Positions 1-9,964 are shown, counted from the first letter of the stretch. The stretch: DNA of 64,000 nt from Thermoanaerobaculia bacterium (GCA_963816185.1 CAWFJJ010000024.1:224001-288000); one strand, 5' to 3'. Program-made: numbers and translations. The notes: generated from the sequence alone by a model not told the origin.

Positions 1-978
1 GACCGCGCCCTCAACGTGATCCTGCACGGCAATTTCACGTCCCCGCTCCTCTGGGACGTCGCGTCCATCAGCACCTATCTGACCGCGAGCACGATCTACC
101 TCTATCTGCCGCTCATCCCGGACATCGCGATCCTCAGGGACAACTTTCAGGGCCGCCACTGGTTCTACCGCGCCCTGGCCCTCGGCTGGACGGGGACTCC
201 CCGACAGCACCGGCTCCTGGAAAGGGCGATCGCGGTGATGGCGGTCGTCGTGATCCCGATCGCAATCAGCGTCCACACGGTCGTCTCGTGGGTCTTCGCG
301 ATGACCGTGCAGCCGATGTGGCACTCGACGATCTTCGGGCCCTACTTCGTCGTGGGCGCGATCTTCTCAGGCATCGCCGCGATCATCGTCGCGATGGCGG
401 CCATCCGCCGGGCATACCACCTCGAGGCGTATTTGAAGCCGATCCACTTCAACAACCTCGGGCTCCTGCTGCTGGTCTTCACGCTCCTCTGGTTCTACTT
501 CACGTTCGCCGAGTTCCTCACGACCTACTACGGCGCCGAGCCGACGCACATGACGGTCTTCCTCTCCAAGACCGAGGGGAAGTTCTCGCCTTACTTCTGG
601 GTCATGGTCGTCACGTGCTTCTTCGTCCCGTTCACGCTGCTCGCGAACAACCGGACGCGGAGAACGGTCTGGGGCTGCGTGGCCGCCTCCCTTTCGGTCG
701 AGGTCGGGATGTGGCTCGAGCGCTTCCTCATCGTCGTTCCGAGCCTCTCGAACCCACGGCTCCCGCTCACCGCGTCCTCCTACACGCCGACCTGGGTGGA
801 GTGGTCTCTCTTCGCCGCCTTCATCTCCTGCTTCATCCTCCTGTACGCCGTCTTCACGAAGCTCTTCCCGATCGTCTCGATCTGGGAGATCCGAGAGGGC
901 CGCGAGCATGCGGTGAGCGAGGTCACCACGCGGATCGAGAGCTACCTGCCCGACGCGCTCGAGGCGACGCATGGCTGA
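1..978 (+). CDS. NrfD/PsrC (ActC-like) polysulfide reductase family membrane subunit, 5'-truncated by window edge
   Basis: Open frame from base 1; many TM helices; family motifs SPLLWD, SVHTVVSW, WHSTIFGPYFVVGAIFSG, GMWLERF. Confidence 0.85.
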   Translation, partial: DRALNVILHGNFTSPLLWDVASISTYLTASTIYLYLPLIPDIAILRDNFQGRHWFYRALALGWTGTPRQHRLLERAIAVMAVVVIPIAISVHTVVSWVFAMTVQPMWHSTIFGPYFVVGAIFSGIAAIIVAMAAIRRAYHLEAYLKPIHFNNLGLLLLVFTLLWFYFTFAEFLTTYYGAEPTHMTVFLSKTEGKFSPYFWVMVVTCFFVPFTLLANNRTRRTVWGCVAASLSVEVGMWLERFLIVVPSLSNPRLPLTASSYTPTWVEWSLFAAFISCFILLYAVFTKLFPIVSIWEIREGREHAVSEVTTRIESYLPDALEATHG

Positions 979-2197
979 AGGCATTCTCGGGCGGCTCGCT
1001 CTCCTCTGCGTCGTGATTCCGGCGATGCTCCGGCCGAGCCCGGCGGAAGCCGGCTTCGGCGATCCTGCGAAAGGGCAATCGCTGTTCGTCTCGAAGGGAT
1101 GCGTCGAGTGTCACGCCGTGAGAGGCGCCGGAGGCCGCATCGGGCCCGATCTGGGCCGCACGGCGGTCAAGGGCTCCTTCTACGAAATCGCCGCGGCGCT
1201 CTGGAACCACTCGCTCACGATGAGCGACAAGATGAAGGAGTTCCGGCTTGTGCGGCCGAGCTTCCGGGACGACGAGCTCGCGGACCTCCTCGCGTTCCTC
1301 TATTTCCTGAACTACTTCGACGAGCCCGGAGATCCCAAGGTCGGCAAGGTCCTCTTCGCGCAGAAGCACTGCATCCAGTGCCACCGGCTCGGAAAGGAGG
1401 GCGGGAGCGCGGGCCCTCGCCTCGACGCACTTCCCCGGGGGACGTCGCCCCTCAGGATCGCGCAGGACCTCTGGAACCATGGGCCCGCGATGGTGCCGGC
1501 GATTCGCCGCCTCGGCCTCGACATCCCGAAGTTCAACGGGAGCGAGATCATCGACCTCTTCGCCTACCTGCGAAGCCAGGGCCAGAGACAGGCCGCGCAC
1601 GAATTCCGATCGGCGGGCGACCCCAAACGCGGCGGGCGGCTCTTCCGGGAGAAGGGGTGCTCGCGCTGTCACGCCGTGCTCGGGGAAGGAGCGGACATCG
1701 GACCGGACCTCGGAAGCGCCGAGCTGCGCGGCAGCGTCACGCAGCTGGCCGGCAGGATGTGGAACCACTGGCCGGCCATGGCCGAAGCGATGGGCACCCT
1801 CGGTATGGCGCCGCCGACCTTCAAGGGAGAGGATGTCGCGGACGTCTTCGCGTTCCTCTTCATCTCACGCTACGAGTCGCGGCCCGGCGATCTCGCGCGC
1901 GGCCGGGCGATCTACCGGCAGAAGGGGTGCGTCGTCTGCCACGGGCCGGACGGCAAGGGCGGCATCGGCACCTCGCTGAGGACCAGCAGCGGGGAGACAA
2001 AGGAGCAGATCACGCAGCGGATGTGGAACCACGTTCCGCAGATGCGCGACAAGATGGGAGATCACCAGATTCCCTGGCCCCGCTTCGACGCGGAGGAGCT
2101 CGCCGCGCTGCAGGCTCTTCTCGCCGACGGGTGGAAGAGCGAGCCCGCGCCGCAGAGAGCCTTGACGAAACAACGAGGAGGAGGAGGTTCACGATGA
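971..2197 (+). CDS. Secreted tetraheme c-type cytochrome built from four repeated cytochrome c domains
   Basis: Signal peptide; CVECH, CIQCH, CSRCH and CVVCH, each followed by a WNH..M segment. Confidence 0.85.
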   Translation: MAEGILGRLALLCVVIPAMLRPSPAEAGFGDPAKGQSLFVSKGCVECHAVRGAGGRIGPDLGRTAVKGSFYEIAAALWNHSLTMSDKMKEFRLVRPSFRDDELADLLAFLYFLNYFDEPGDPKVGKVLFAQKHCIQCHRLGKEGGSAGPRLDALPRGTSPLRIAQDLWNHGPAMVPAIRRLGLDIPKFNGSEIIDLFAYLRSQGQRQAAHEFRSAGDPKRGGRLFREKGCSRCHAVLGEGADIGPDLGSAELRGSVTQLAGRMWNHWPAMAEAMGTLGMAPPTFKGEDVADVFAFLFISRYESRPGDLARGRAIYRQKGCVVCHGPDGKGGIGTSLRTSSGETKEQITQRMWNHVPQMRDKMGDHQIPWPRFDAEELAALQALLADGWKSEPAPQRALTKQRGGGGSR

Positions 2198-2767
2198 AAT
2201 CGATCGCTCAGCGAGTCCGGTTGGGCGCCCTTGCGGCGCTCGCGGCGGCGGCCCTCGGCCAGACGGCCGGCGCCGAGCCCGCCTACGTCGGCGCGAAGAG
2301 ATGCAAAGGATGCCACCTCAAGGAGTTCACGTCCTGGTCGGAAACCAGGATGTCGAAGGCCTTCGAGCTCCTGAAGCCCGGCGTTTCCGCCGAGGCGAAG
2401 ACGAAGGCGAAGCTCGATCCGAAGAAGGACTACTCGACGGATGCGAACTGCCTCCCGTGCCACACGACCGGCTACGGGAAGCCCGGCGGCTTCGCCGACG
2501 TCGCGACCACGCCTGATCTCGTCGGCGTGCAATGCGAGATGTGCCACGGGCCGGGGGGCACGTACTCTCCAGAAGCAGTACATGAGTCTCCAAAACAAAG
2601 AGTACAAGAAAGCCGAGCTCGTGAAGGTGGGTCTGATCGGGCAGATCGGCAAAGACACGTGCGTGAGCTGCCACAACTCCAAGAGCCCGTTCTTCAAGGC
2701 TTTCAACTTCGAGGAGAGGAAGGCGAAGGGAATCCACACGAAGGTTCCGTTGAAGTACGCGCACTGA
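2194..2767 (+). CDS. Cytochrome c554-family tetraheme cytochrome with an apparent +1 frameshift near 2565
   Basis: ATG 2194 after GGAGG; signal peptide; YVGAKRCKGCH, CLPCH and VGVQCEMCHGPG in one frame, CVSCH...LKYAH* in the next frame. Confidence 0.8.
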
Positions 2768-2861
2768 GCGGCGCGCGCTCGAAGGGGGCAGGGGAGCGGG
2801 AGGCTGCGGCGGGAAGGCTCCCGGCGTCGTCTGCGACTATATTGGTGCAGGACCGGGGCCC

Positions 2862-4181
2862 ATGAGGAAAGCGGAGCGCGACCCGCATTGGTCAGGGTGG
2901 CAGTGGGCCACTCTGATGCTGTCGAGCGTCAGCATCGTCGCTGCGGTGTTCGCGACGTGGGAGCTGGTGGAGAACCGCCTCTTCCGGAGCGTCGACTACG
3001 TCACGCTTCACACGCTCTACATCACGCGCGGGATGACGTCCTCTCTGCTCCTGGCCTCGTGGGCGGCGTGGTACGTGCTCCGGCAGCGCCGGCAGAGCGA
3101 GGCCGAGCTCCGCCGGTCGCGCGAGCACTACCGTCATCTCCTCGAGGCTTCGCCCGGCGCCGTTGCGCTCTACGACTCTTCGCTCCGCGTCACTGAGTGG
3201 AACGAGGCCGCCGAGCGCCTTTACGGATTCAGCAAGACCGACGTGATCGGCCGCGAGCTCCCGACCGTTCCCGATGAGAAAAGGGCGGAGCTGCGGGACC
3301 TCCTGCGGAAGGTGGACGCCGGGGATCCGATCGCGGTCGTCGAGACGCTGCGACGCGACGCACGCGGGGAGCTGCTCGAGGTGCAGCTCAGCGTGCTTCC
3401 GTTCCGGGAGCGCGGGAGTCCCAGCAATTTCCTGGAGGTCACCGAGGACATCCGCGAGCGTGTGCGGCTCCGGCAGACGCTCCTGGAGGTCGAGAAGCTC
3501 ACGAGCATCGGGAAGACCGCGGCGGGGACCGCCCATCATCTCAATACTCCTCTCGCCGCCATGCTCCTGCGCGTCCAGATGATGCGGGAGCGGGTGACCG
3601 ACGGGGCGACGGCCTCCGACCTCGAGCGCCTCGAGAGCAGCCTCCAGTTCTGCCAGCAGTTCGTGCGTCGTCTCCTGGAATTCAGCAGCCGACCGGCCGC
3701 GCAGAAGCAGCCCGAAGACGTCGCTCACACGCTCGAATCCGTCGTCAGCTTCCTGGCCCCCTCGCTGAACGCCCGCCACGCACGCGTCTCGATGGACCTC
3801 GGCGCCGTGAACGGCGCAAGAGTCCTCGCCGACCGAAACCTGCTGGAGGCCCTCTTCTCGATCATCCTGAGCAACGCGCTCGACGCCATCTGCGACGGCG
3901 GCAGGATCGCGATCCGGTGCCGCCCCCCCGAGGGCCGATCGCTCGAGGTCGACATTGCCGACGACGGCTGCGGCATCGCGCCGGCTGACCACGCGCACGT
4001 GTTCGAGCCGTTCTTCTCGACGAAGGGACCCGGCAGGGGAACCGGGCTCGGGCTCGCAATCGCACGGCGCATCGTCATCGAGCACGGCGGCTCCATCCGT
4101 CTGCAGGACGCGCCCGGCGGCGGCACGATCGCGTCGATCACGCTCCCCCTCCTGCAGCCGGAAGTCGCGGGGCCGCCATGA
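2862..4181 (+). CDS. PAS-domain sensor histidine kinase
   Basis: Two N-terminal TM segments, PAS (WNEAAERLYG), H-box AHHLNTPL, HATPase NALDA/DDGCGI/FFSTK/GTGLGL. Confidence 0.92.
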   Translation: MRKAERDPHWSGWQWATLMLSSVSIVAAVFATWELVENRLFRSVDYVTLHTLYITRGMTSSLLLASWAAWYVLRQRRQSEAELRRSREHYRHLLEASPGAVALYDSSLRVTEWNEAAERLYGFSKTDVIGRELPTVPDEKRAELRDLLRKVDAGDPIAVVETLRRDARGELLEVQLSVLPFRERGSPSNFLEVTEDIRERVRLRQTLLEVEKLTSIGKTAAGTAHHLNTPLAAMLLRVQMMRERVTDGATASDLERLESSLQFCQQFVRRLLEFSSRPAAQKQPEDVAHTLESVVSFLAPSLNARHARVSMDLGAVNGARVLADRNLLEALFSIILSNALDAICDGGRIAIRCRPPEGRSLEVDIADDGCGIAPADHAHVFEPFFSTKGPGRGTGLGLAIARRIVIEHGGSIRLQDAPGGGTIASITLPLLQPEVAGPP

Positions 4182-5560
4182 CCGAACGTGACGACTCGCC
4201 CCATCCGTGCGGGATCCTGATCGTCGACGACGACGCGAGCCTCGCGACGACCCTCCAGGATTTCCTGCGACAGGAAGGATATTCAGTCGAGATCGCGCTT
4301 TCCGCCACCGAGGCGCTGGCGGTGCAAGAGCGCAACCCGTACCTCGCGGTTGCGCTCATCGACCTCATCATGCCGGGGACAGACGGCCTGGCGCTGATGG
4401 AGGAGCTCCAGCGCCGAAACCCCGACCTCGCCGTCGTGATCATGACGGGCTACGGCACGATCGAGACGGCCGTCGAGGCCGTCAAGCGCGGGGCCGAAGA
4501 CTACGTGACCAAACCATTCGAACATCAGGTCATCCGGAAAAAGATCGGGCGCCTGATGGAGGTCTTCGAGCTTCGGGAGCACGTGACGCAGCTTGAGGCG
4601 AGCCTCGAGCGCTCGCCCTGTTTCGCGTCGATGGTCACGGTCTCGCCCCTCATGCACCGCGTGATCGAGCGGGCGCGCGTGGCGGCTCGGACGGAGGCGC
4701 CGGTTCTGATTCTCGGCGAGACCGGGACGGGCAAGGAGATGCTGGCCCGCGCGATCCACGACGCCAGCCCCCGCGCCCGCGGGCCGTTCGTGCCCGTGAA
4801 TTGCGGCGCCTTGCCGCGCGAGCTCGTCGAGAGCGAGCTCTTCGGATCCCGGCGCGGGGCCTTCACTGGCGCCTATGCCGACGCGCCCGGAGTCTTCGCG
4901 GCCGCGACGCATGGGACGGTTTTCATGGACGAGATCGGCGAGATGCCGAAGGACGCCCAGGTGAAGTTGCTCCGCGTCTTCGAGGAAGGCGAGGTGCGTC
5001 CCGTGGGGAGCCCGACGGCGGTCCGGGTCGACGTGCGGGTCGTCTCGGCCTCGAACAGGCCGCTTGCGGCGCTCCGCACGGAGCGGCTGCGCGAAGACTT
5101 CTATTTTCGGATCGCGACGGTCGTCATCGAGATCCCGCCGCTCCGCTCGCGGCTGGAGGACGTCTTCGTGCTCGCCCAGCACTTCGTGGGCCGGCTGGCG
5201 CGACAGACCGGGCGGGAGATCACGCTCTCGCGCCCCGCGCTCGAGCTTCTCCTGAACCATCCGTACGCCGGGAACGTGCGGGAGCTCGAGAGCGTGCTGC
5301 TCAGCGCCACGGCCGTCTCGCTCGAAAACCCCCAGACGATCAACGACAAGGACCTCAGGCCGCTCCTGAAGGACTCGGGAAGCCCGCCGCTCCAGGCATT
5401 CACCGGGGACCAGCCGCTCTCGATGGAGCGCCTCGAACAGATGGCGATCCAGCAGGCGCTTCGTCTTTCCGAGGGGAACCGTACGAAGGCCGCGTCCCTG
5501 CTCGGCATCTCCCGCGACACTTTGTACCGGAAGCTCAAACAGGCTAAGACTGAAAGCTGA
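4178..5560 (+). CDS. Sigma54-dependent NtrC-family response regulator
   Basis: REC domain, GETGTGKE Walker A, GAFTGA loop, Fis-type HTH (GNRTKAASLLGISRDTLYRKL). Confidence 0.95.
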   Translation: MTERDDSPHPCGILIVDDDASLATTLQDFLRQEGYSVEIALSATEALAVQERNPYLAVALIDLIMPGTDGLALMEELQRRNPDLAVVIMTGYGTIETAVEAVKRGAEDYVTKPFEHQVIRKKIGRLMEVFELREHVTQLEASLERSPCFASMVTVSPLMHRVIERARVAARTEAPVLILGETGTGKEMLARAIHDASPRARGPFVPVNCGALPRELVESELFGSRRGAFTGAYADAPGVFAAATHGTVFMDEIGEMPKDAQVKLLRVFEEGEVRPVGSPTAVRVDVRVVSASNRPLAALRTERLREDFYFRIATVVIEIPPLRSRLEDVFVLAQHFVGRLARQTGREITLSRPALELLLNHPYAGNVRELESVLLSATAVSLENPQTINDKDLRPLLKDSGSPPLQAFTGDQPLSMERLEQMAIQQALRLSEGNRTKAASLLGISRDTLYRKLKQAKTES

Positions 5561-5584
5561 ACGACGCGGTCGTTACCTCCACCC

Positions 5585-7669
5585 TCACCGGGCGTGGACC
5601 TTCTCGACGGCCCAGTCCGCTCCCCTCCCATGGCACGTGCCGCAGGCTTCCGTCGGGCCCGAGGAGCCGGGGAAGTTCACCGTGTTCAGGTACGCGTGGG
5701 CTGCCACGTCGCGGCTGTCGTGACAGCCGACGCACGCTGCCGTGCCGGGCCCCTGCGGCGAGAAGAAATCGCGCTGGGTGACGACGGGCACGGCGTCGGA
5801 CGAGACCGGGAGGGTATAGGCCGCGGCGTTCACGTGGCACTTGAGGCAGTCGCGGCGGTCCCCCGGAAACCGGACCCCGTTGAAGTTGGTCGGGCTTCCA
5901 CCCCAGATCGTGTAGTCCTGCGTCAAGTCCACACCCGTGTGAATGCGGTGGATCAGCCGCTTGAAAGCGCCCGACTCCGGCCTGCCGTCGGGATGCCTGT
6001 CCTTGTGGTTCGGGTTGTGGCAGATCACACACAGTTCGATCGCGATGCGCTGACCGCCGTGGGAGAAGAGGGTCGCGAGCCGCTCGTGGCACTTGTTGCA
6101 CTTGTCGAGCGAGACGAGCGTGCGGCGCGGCTTCGCCGTCCCGCCGGTGATCGCGACGTAAATGATCGGATTGAACGCGCCTTCCTGGTATGTCGCCGGG
6201 CCCGCGTGAGGCGCGGGATTCAGCGTCACCGTGCGTCGCACTTCGATGGAGAACGTCCACGTGCCCGAGGCGTCCGCGGGAATCGCGTTCGTGAAGGTGT
6301 ACGTTCCCAGGGTCCCGTCGAAGGTGGCGCCGTCCGCCCTCTCGCGGAAATCGGGGAAGAGGGTGTAGTCGGTCGTGGGCCCACCCAGATCGATGTTCAG
6401 GTTCGAGCCGAACGTCTTCGGGTCGAGGACCGTGCCGTCGCCGTTCGTCAGCTTGAAGGTGACGACGGGCTTCTTGCCCGGAGCGGCCTGGCTGACCGAG
6501 ATGATCTCGGCATTGAGACCCTTGAGCTGCTTCGATTTGTCGGGAACGGTGTGCGCACCTCTGACCGAGGCGTCCCACTCGGCGTCGCCCTGCGGGAGGT
6601 GGCAGGTAGCGCACGTGCCGTCGGCTTGCGGGCCGGCCGGGTGGCCTGCGCCGGTCGTGAAGTTCACGTCGTCATGGCACGAGCCGCACGCCTTCGAGCT
6701 CGGGTAGGTGTACCAGTTCGCGGCCTGCGCTGGCTTATTCGCCGGGTCCGTTCCCTCGTGGCAGTAGTAGCAATTGCGGATGTCCTGCGGAAACGCGACG
6801 GTGGAGTAGTCGTTCGTGCCGGTCAGGATGAACGGCTTGCCCGCCTTCACGCTGGGCAGGTTCTCCCCCCTGTGGATCCGGTGGATCATGACTTTCAGGT
6901 CGAACGACTCACCCGTCTCGCTGAGCGTGTGCTGTGGCTGGTGGCAAAGGACGCAGAGCCTCACGCTGCGCCGCGCGCCTCCGTGCATGGCCAGCGGGTC
7001 GTGGCAGTTGTTGCAGGCCGTGTCGGTGTTGATCGCGTTCCAGACGGGCGTTGCGGGCCCTCCGTCCGCCCTGAAGTCCTTGAACACGTTGTCCGCGTAG
7101 TACGTCTTGCCGTCGAGCACTTCGGCCGGCATCACTCTGCTTGCTTGAACGCCGAGCGTCAGCATCTTCGTGACGTCGAAGTCGGCCGGCAGAGTGGTCC
7201 CGAAGGTGTACTTGGAGTGCCCGAGGTCGAGATCCATCCACGTGCCGCTCTGGTCGGTCGAGGGATTCGTGGCGCCGCTACGGACCCGCGTGGTGTACGC
7301 GAAGTACTGGCGCTTGTCGGCGTCCCAGCTCGCGAGGACGAAGCCGGGTGTGACGGGTCCAGGCGTCAGCGCACCCAGCCGGTCGAGCGGCTGATTGAGA
7401 CTGTCGCTGATCGAAATTTCGACGACCGGTTTCTTGCCGGGCGCCACGTTTGTGACACCCAGAATGGTGACTTTCAATCCGGGCCGAGCGTAGTCGAGCT
7501 GGTCGGCCGCCAGATAGAACTCCCTTTCGAGAGGCGTGTATTTCACATGGCGCGCTACCGGCGGTCCGCCAGCGACGGGTGTCGAGACGGGAATCGGGCG
7601 GGACGAGGGAACGGAGAGCGCCCCGACCCAGAAGACCACCAGCGCGAAACCGCGAGAGAGAAGGCTCAT
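5585..7669 (-). CDS. Decaheme c-type cytochrome, OmcA/MtrC family
   Basis: Ten CXXCH motifs in a 5+5 layout separated by beta-rich domains; HGGxR and IHRIH motifs; ATG 7669 after GGAGG. Confidence 0.88.
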   Translation of the reverse strand: MSLLSRGFALVVFWVGALSVPSSRPIPVSTPVAGGPPVARHVKYTPLEREFYLAADQLDYARPGLKVTILGVTNVAPGKKPVVEISISDSLNQPLDRLGALTPGPVTPGFVLASWDADKRQYFAYTTRVRSGATNPSTDQSGTWMDLDLGHSKYTFGTTLPADFDVTKMLTLGVQASRVMPAEVLDGKTYYADNVFKDFRADGGPATPVWNAINTDTACNNCHDPLAMHGGARRSVRLCVLCHQPQHTLSETGESFDLKVMIHRIHRGENLPSVKAGKPFILTGTNDYSTVAFPQDIRNCYYCHEGTDPANKPAQAANWYTYPSSKACGSCHDDVNFTTGAGHPAGPQADGTCATCHLPQGDAEWDASVRGAHTVPDKSKQLKGLNAEIISVSQAAPGKKPVVTFKLTNGDGTVLDPKTFGSNLNIDLGGPTTDYTLFPDFRERADGATFDGTLGTYTFTNAIPADASGTWTFSIEVRRTVTLNPAPHAGPATYQEGAFNPIIYVAITGGTAKPRRTLVSLDKCNKCHERLATLFSHGGQRIAIELCVICHNPNHKDRHPDGRPESGAFKRLIHRIHTGVDLTQDYTIWGGSPTNFNGVRFPGDRRDCLKCHVNAAAYTLPVSSDAVPVVTQRDFFSPQGPGTAACVGCHDSRDVAAHAYLNTVNFPGSSGPTEACGTCHGRGADWAVEKVHAR

Positions 7670-7697
7670 GAAATCCTCCGGCTTGTTCGTCTGGACC

Positions 7698-7715
7698 TTG
7701 CAGTCGGGCTGCCAG
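7698..7715 (-). promoter_or_regulatory. Sigma54 (-24/-12) promoter of the decaheme cytochrome gene
   Basis: Minus strand CTGGCAGCCCGACTGCAA = TGGCA...TGCA with exact GG-N10-GC spacing, about 30 nt upstream of the ATG. Confidence 0.7.
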
Positions 7716-7822
7716 GGGGCGGCGGGCGGCGGCACGCCGTCGAAGAGCCCCCACGAAAAGACAGGTCAATCAGATCCGAGTCGTTCCGCGAGGCCGGGTC
7801 CACCTGGCGCAAGGGGCGCAGG

Positions 7823-7857
7823 TGTCAGAAAATAAGTCAGCGTCAGAAAACCTTACG
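7823..7857. promoter_or_regulatory. Candidate tandem enhancer (UAS) sites for a sigma54 activator
   Basis: GTCAGAAAA directly repeated at 7824 and 7842 in an AT-rich patch 110-140 bp upstream of the sigma54 promoter. Confidence 0.5.
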
Positions 7858-7917
7858 CCGCAGAGCCAGGAGACCACCACGACAAAGGAGCCGGTCTGAT
7901 CCGCTGCTCGGTGACTC

Positions 7918-8346
7918 TTAGTTCTTCTCGACCCGGAAGGTGAGCGTCTTCTTGAGCACTCCGTCCATGTACAGGCTGACGGAGTAGCTGCCGACCGGCC
8001 AGCCCTGCGGCGGTTTCGAGCAGTTGAAGGAGCCGATGAACTCGCCTTTCGACGAGAATGTCGTTTCGTTCTCCGCTAATTTGGTCTTCGCTTCGAGCCC
8101 CGCCACCTTCTCGGCGAACCACGAGGCTTTAACTTTCGTCCCCTGCCCGGCGACGACCCGGTACACGGCGAAGACCTTCGGGGTATCCGGGGCGAAAACG
8201 TCCCTCTCGTCCTGCGAGTACTTGTCGCTGGTGGTGATGGCGAGCTTGAAATGCGGCCCGGCCGATTGCGGTTTCGTTTGCTCGGCTGCGAAAACTCCGG
8301 AGCCCAGAAGCGTCGCCGCCAGCGCGACGAGAGCGATTCTTCTCAT
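7918..8346 (-). CDS. Secreted hypothetical protein (Ig-like beta sandwich)
   Basis: Signal peptide MRRIALVALAATLLGSGVFAAE; GWPVGSYSVSLYMDG; AAGGAGG RBS. Confidence 0.75.
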   Translation of the reverse strand: MRRIALVALAATLLGSGVFAAEQTKPQSAGPHFKLAITTSDKYSQDERDVFAPDTPKVFAVYRVVAGQGTKVKASWFAEKVAGLEAKTKLAENETTFSSKGEFIGSFNCSKPPQGWPVGSYSVSLYMDGVLKKTLTFRVEKN

Positions 8347-8574
8347 AGTTCCTCCTTCCCGCTCAGGGAAGTCCTTCCGAGGCTCTCCGGGGACAGAGCG
8401 GTGCGTCCGGGGCAGCCCTACCTAATCGTGGTCTCCTCGAAAGCAGGCGTCTCTGATGAACCTGCATGAGGAGGACACGCAGGAGGAACCGGACCTTGCG
8501 ATAGAGTTTAAACGGCGCCGAGCAGGATTGTAACTACGAGTAACCCCAGCTCTTTAGGTAGGCGCGGGCTCTGC

Positions 8575-8814
8575 TCAGATCACGTCCGGGTCCTGGACGT
8601 CGAAGGGAAGAGGGCCGAGCGGGCAGGACTCGACGGGCATGGTGAGCAGGCCGTCGGCGAGTAGCTCCGAGGTTTCGGAATGCACACAGATGCGGCCCTC
8701 GGCGGTGCGGCGCTCGACACCCGGCCGTCCGCACCGGGGGCAGAGCTCGACCACGGCCTCCAGACCGGGGAAGGAGCCGGGCGCCTGATCCGTGTAGGTC
8801 TCGAGAAGGATCAT
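8575..8814 (-). CDS. Small Cys-containing hypothetical protein (79 aa)
   Basis: ATG 8814 preceded by AGGAGGGAG; CPRCG, CVH and C motifs. Confidence 0.6.
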   Translation of the reverse strand: MILLETYTDQAPGSFPGLEAVVELCPRCGRPGVERRTAEGRICVHSETSELLADGLLTMPVESCPLGPLPFDVQDPDVI

Positions 8815-9015
8815 GTCTCCCTCCTGGCGTGGCTTCGATACGGCCACATGCATACGTGTTTCACGTTGCGTGCCGGAAATTTCTTCAGGGCCTTCTTCCG
8901 CGTTCCACCGGGAAATGCGCATCTCGTAACATGCAGAAATGGACGATCTTCCGCGACCTTCGGCACATGCGTGCGGAGCGTGGATACTCGTATGGGTCCG
9001 GGGGGGGCCTTGAGC

Positions 9016-9939
9016 GTGGCCCACCTTCTAGATCTTCTCGAAAAGACGAGTCGCACGTTCGCGCTCTCGATTCCGCCCCTGCCCGAGCCGACGCGCCGGG
9101 AAGTCACGGTGGCGTATCTCCTGTTCCGGATCGCGGATACGTTCGAGGACGCGGTACACATACGACCCGAGATTCGGATCCGGGCCTTGCACGACCTTAA
9201 CGTTCTCGTCGCTTCCCCTCGGAAGGACGAAGCAGTCCGGCTCTCGCGCGAGTGGACTTCGGCCGGCATCGCGACGCTTGCGGGATACCAAGAGCTTCTC
9301 GTGGAGATCCCGTTCGTCCTGGACGCGTTTTTCGCTCTCTCGCCTCATGCCGCCGATGCGATCCGGCGGCACGTGATCCGTTCGGCGGCGGGTATGGCGG
9401 ACTTCGTGGCGCGTACGCGCAACGGGCTTTTGGAGCTCGAGGACCTCGACGATCTCAAGGCCTATTGCCACGTGGTCGCCGGCCTCGTCGGGGAGATGCT
9501 GACGGAGCTTTTCCTCCTGGATCGGCCGGATCTCGCGGCAGAGGCGGGAGCGCTCATGTCACGGGCCGGCGCATTCGGGGAAGCGCTGCAACTCGTGAAT
9601 ATTCTGAAGGATGCCTCCAGCGACGCGGCTGAAGGGCGAAGCTATATGCCCGCTGCCGTGCCCCGGCACGAGGTGTTCGCCCTTGCGAGGCGGGATCTCG
9701 TGGCCGCCGGGGAGTACATCGGCGCGCTCGAACGCGCCCACGCCCCGCGCGGAATTCTGGAGTTCACGGCGTTGCCTGTCGAGCTTGCCTGGGCTTCGCT
9801 CGAGGCGATCGAGAAAGGCGGCTCGGGATCGAAAGTGACGAGACCCGAAGTCTATCTGCTGGTCCGGCGAGTCCGGCGCGCCCTGGACACGGGCGAAAGC
9901 CTTGCGCAACGTCTGTCAAACACAAGGGATCGCGCTTGA
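9016..9939 (+). CDS. Squalene/phytoene synthase family protein
   Basis: LEKTSRTFALSI, AYLLFRIADTFED, YCHVVAGLVG, LQLVNILKD...D..EGRSY motifs; start uncertain (GTG 9016). Confidence 0.85.
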   Translation: MAHLLDLLEKTSRTFALSIPPLPEPTRREVTVAYLLFRIADTFEDAVHIRPEIRIRALHDLNVLVASPRKDEAVRLSREWTSAGIATLAGYQELLVEIPFVLDAFFALSPHAADAIRRHVIRSAAGMADFVARTRNGLLELEDLDDLKAYCHVVAGLVGEMLTELFLLDRPDLAAEAGALMSRAGAFGEALQLVNILKDASSDAAEGRSYMPAAVPRHEVFALARRDLVAAGEYIGALERAHAPRGILEFTALPVELAWASLEAIEKGGSGSKVTRPEVYLLVRRVRRALDTGESLAQRLSNTRDRA

Positions 9940-9964
9940 CAGCCCCCCACGGGGTCTATATTCT
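9936..9964 (+). promoter_or_regulatory. Sigma70 promoter of the str operon
   Basis: TTGACA (9936-9941), 17-nt spacer, TATTCT (9959-9964). Confidence 0.75.

Noticed and set aside
9021-9045. CACCTTCTAGATCTTCTCGAAAAG as another motif copy
   Set aside because: It is only a partial match with no clear partner arm, too weak to count without a PWM score.
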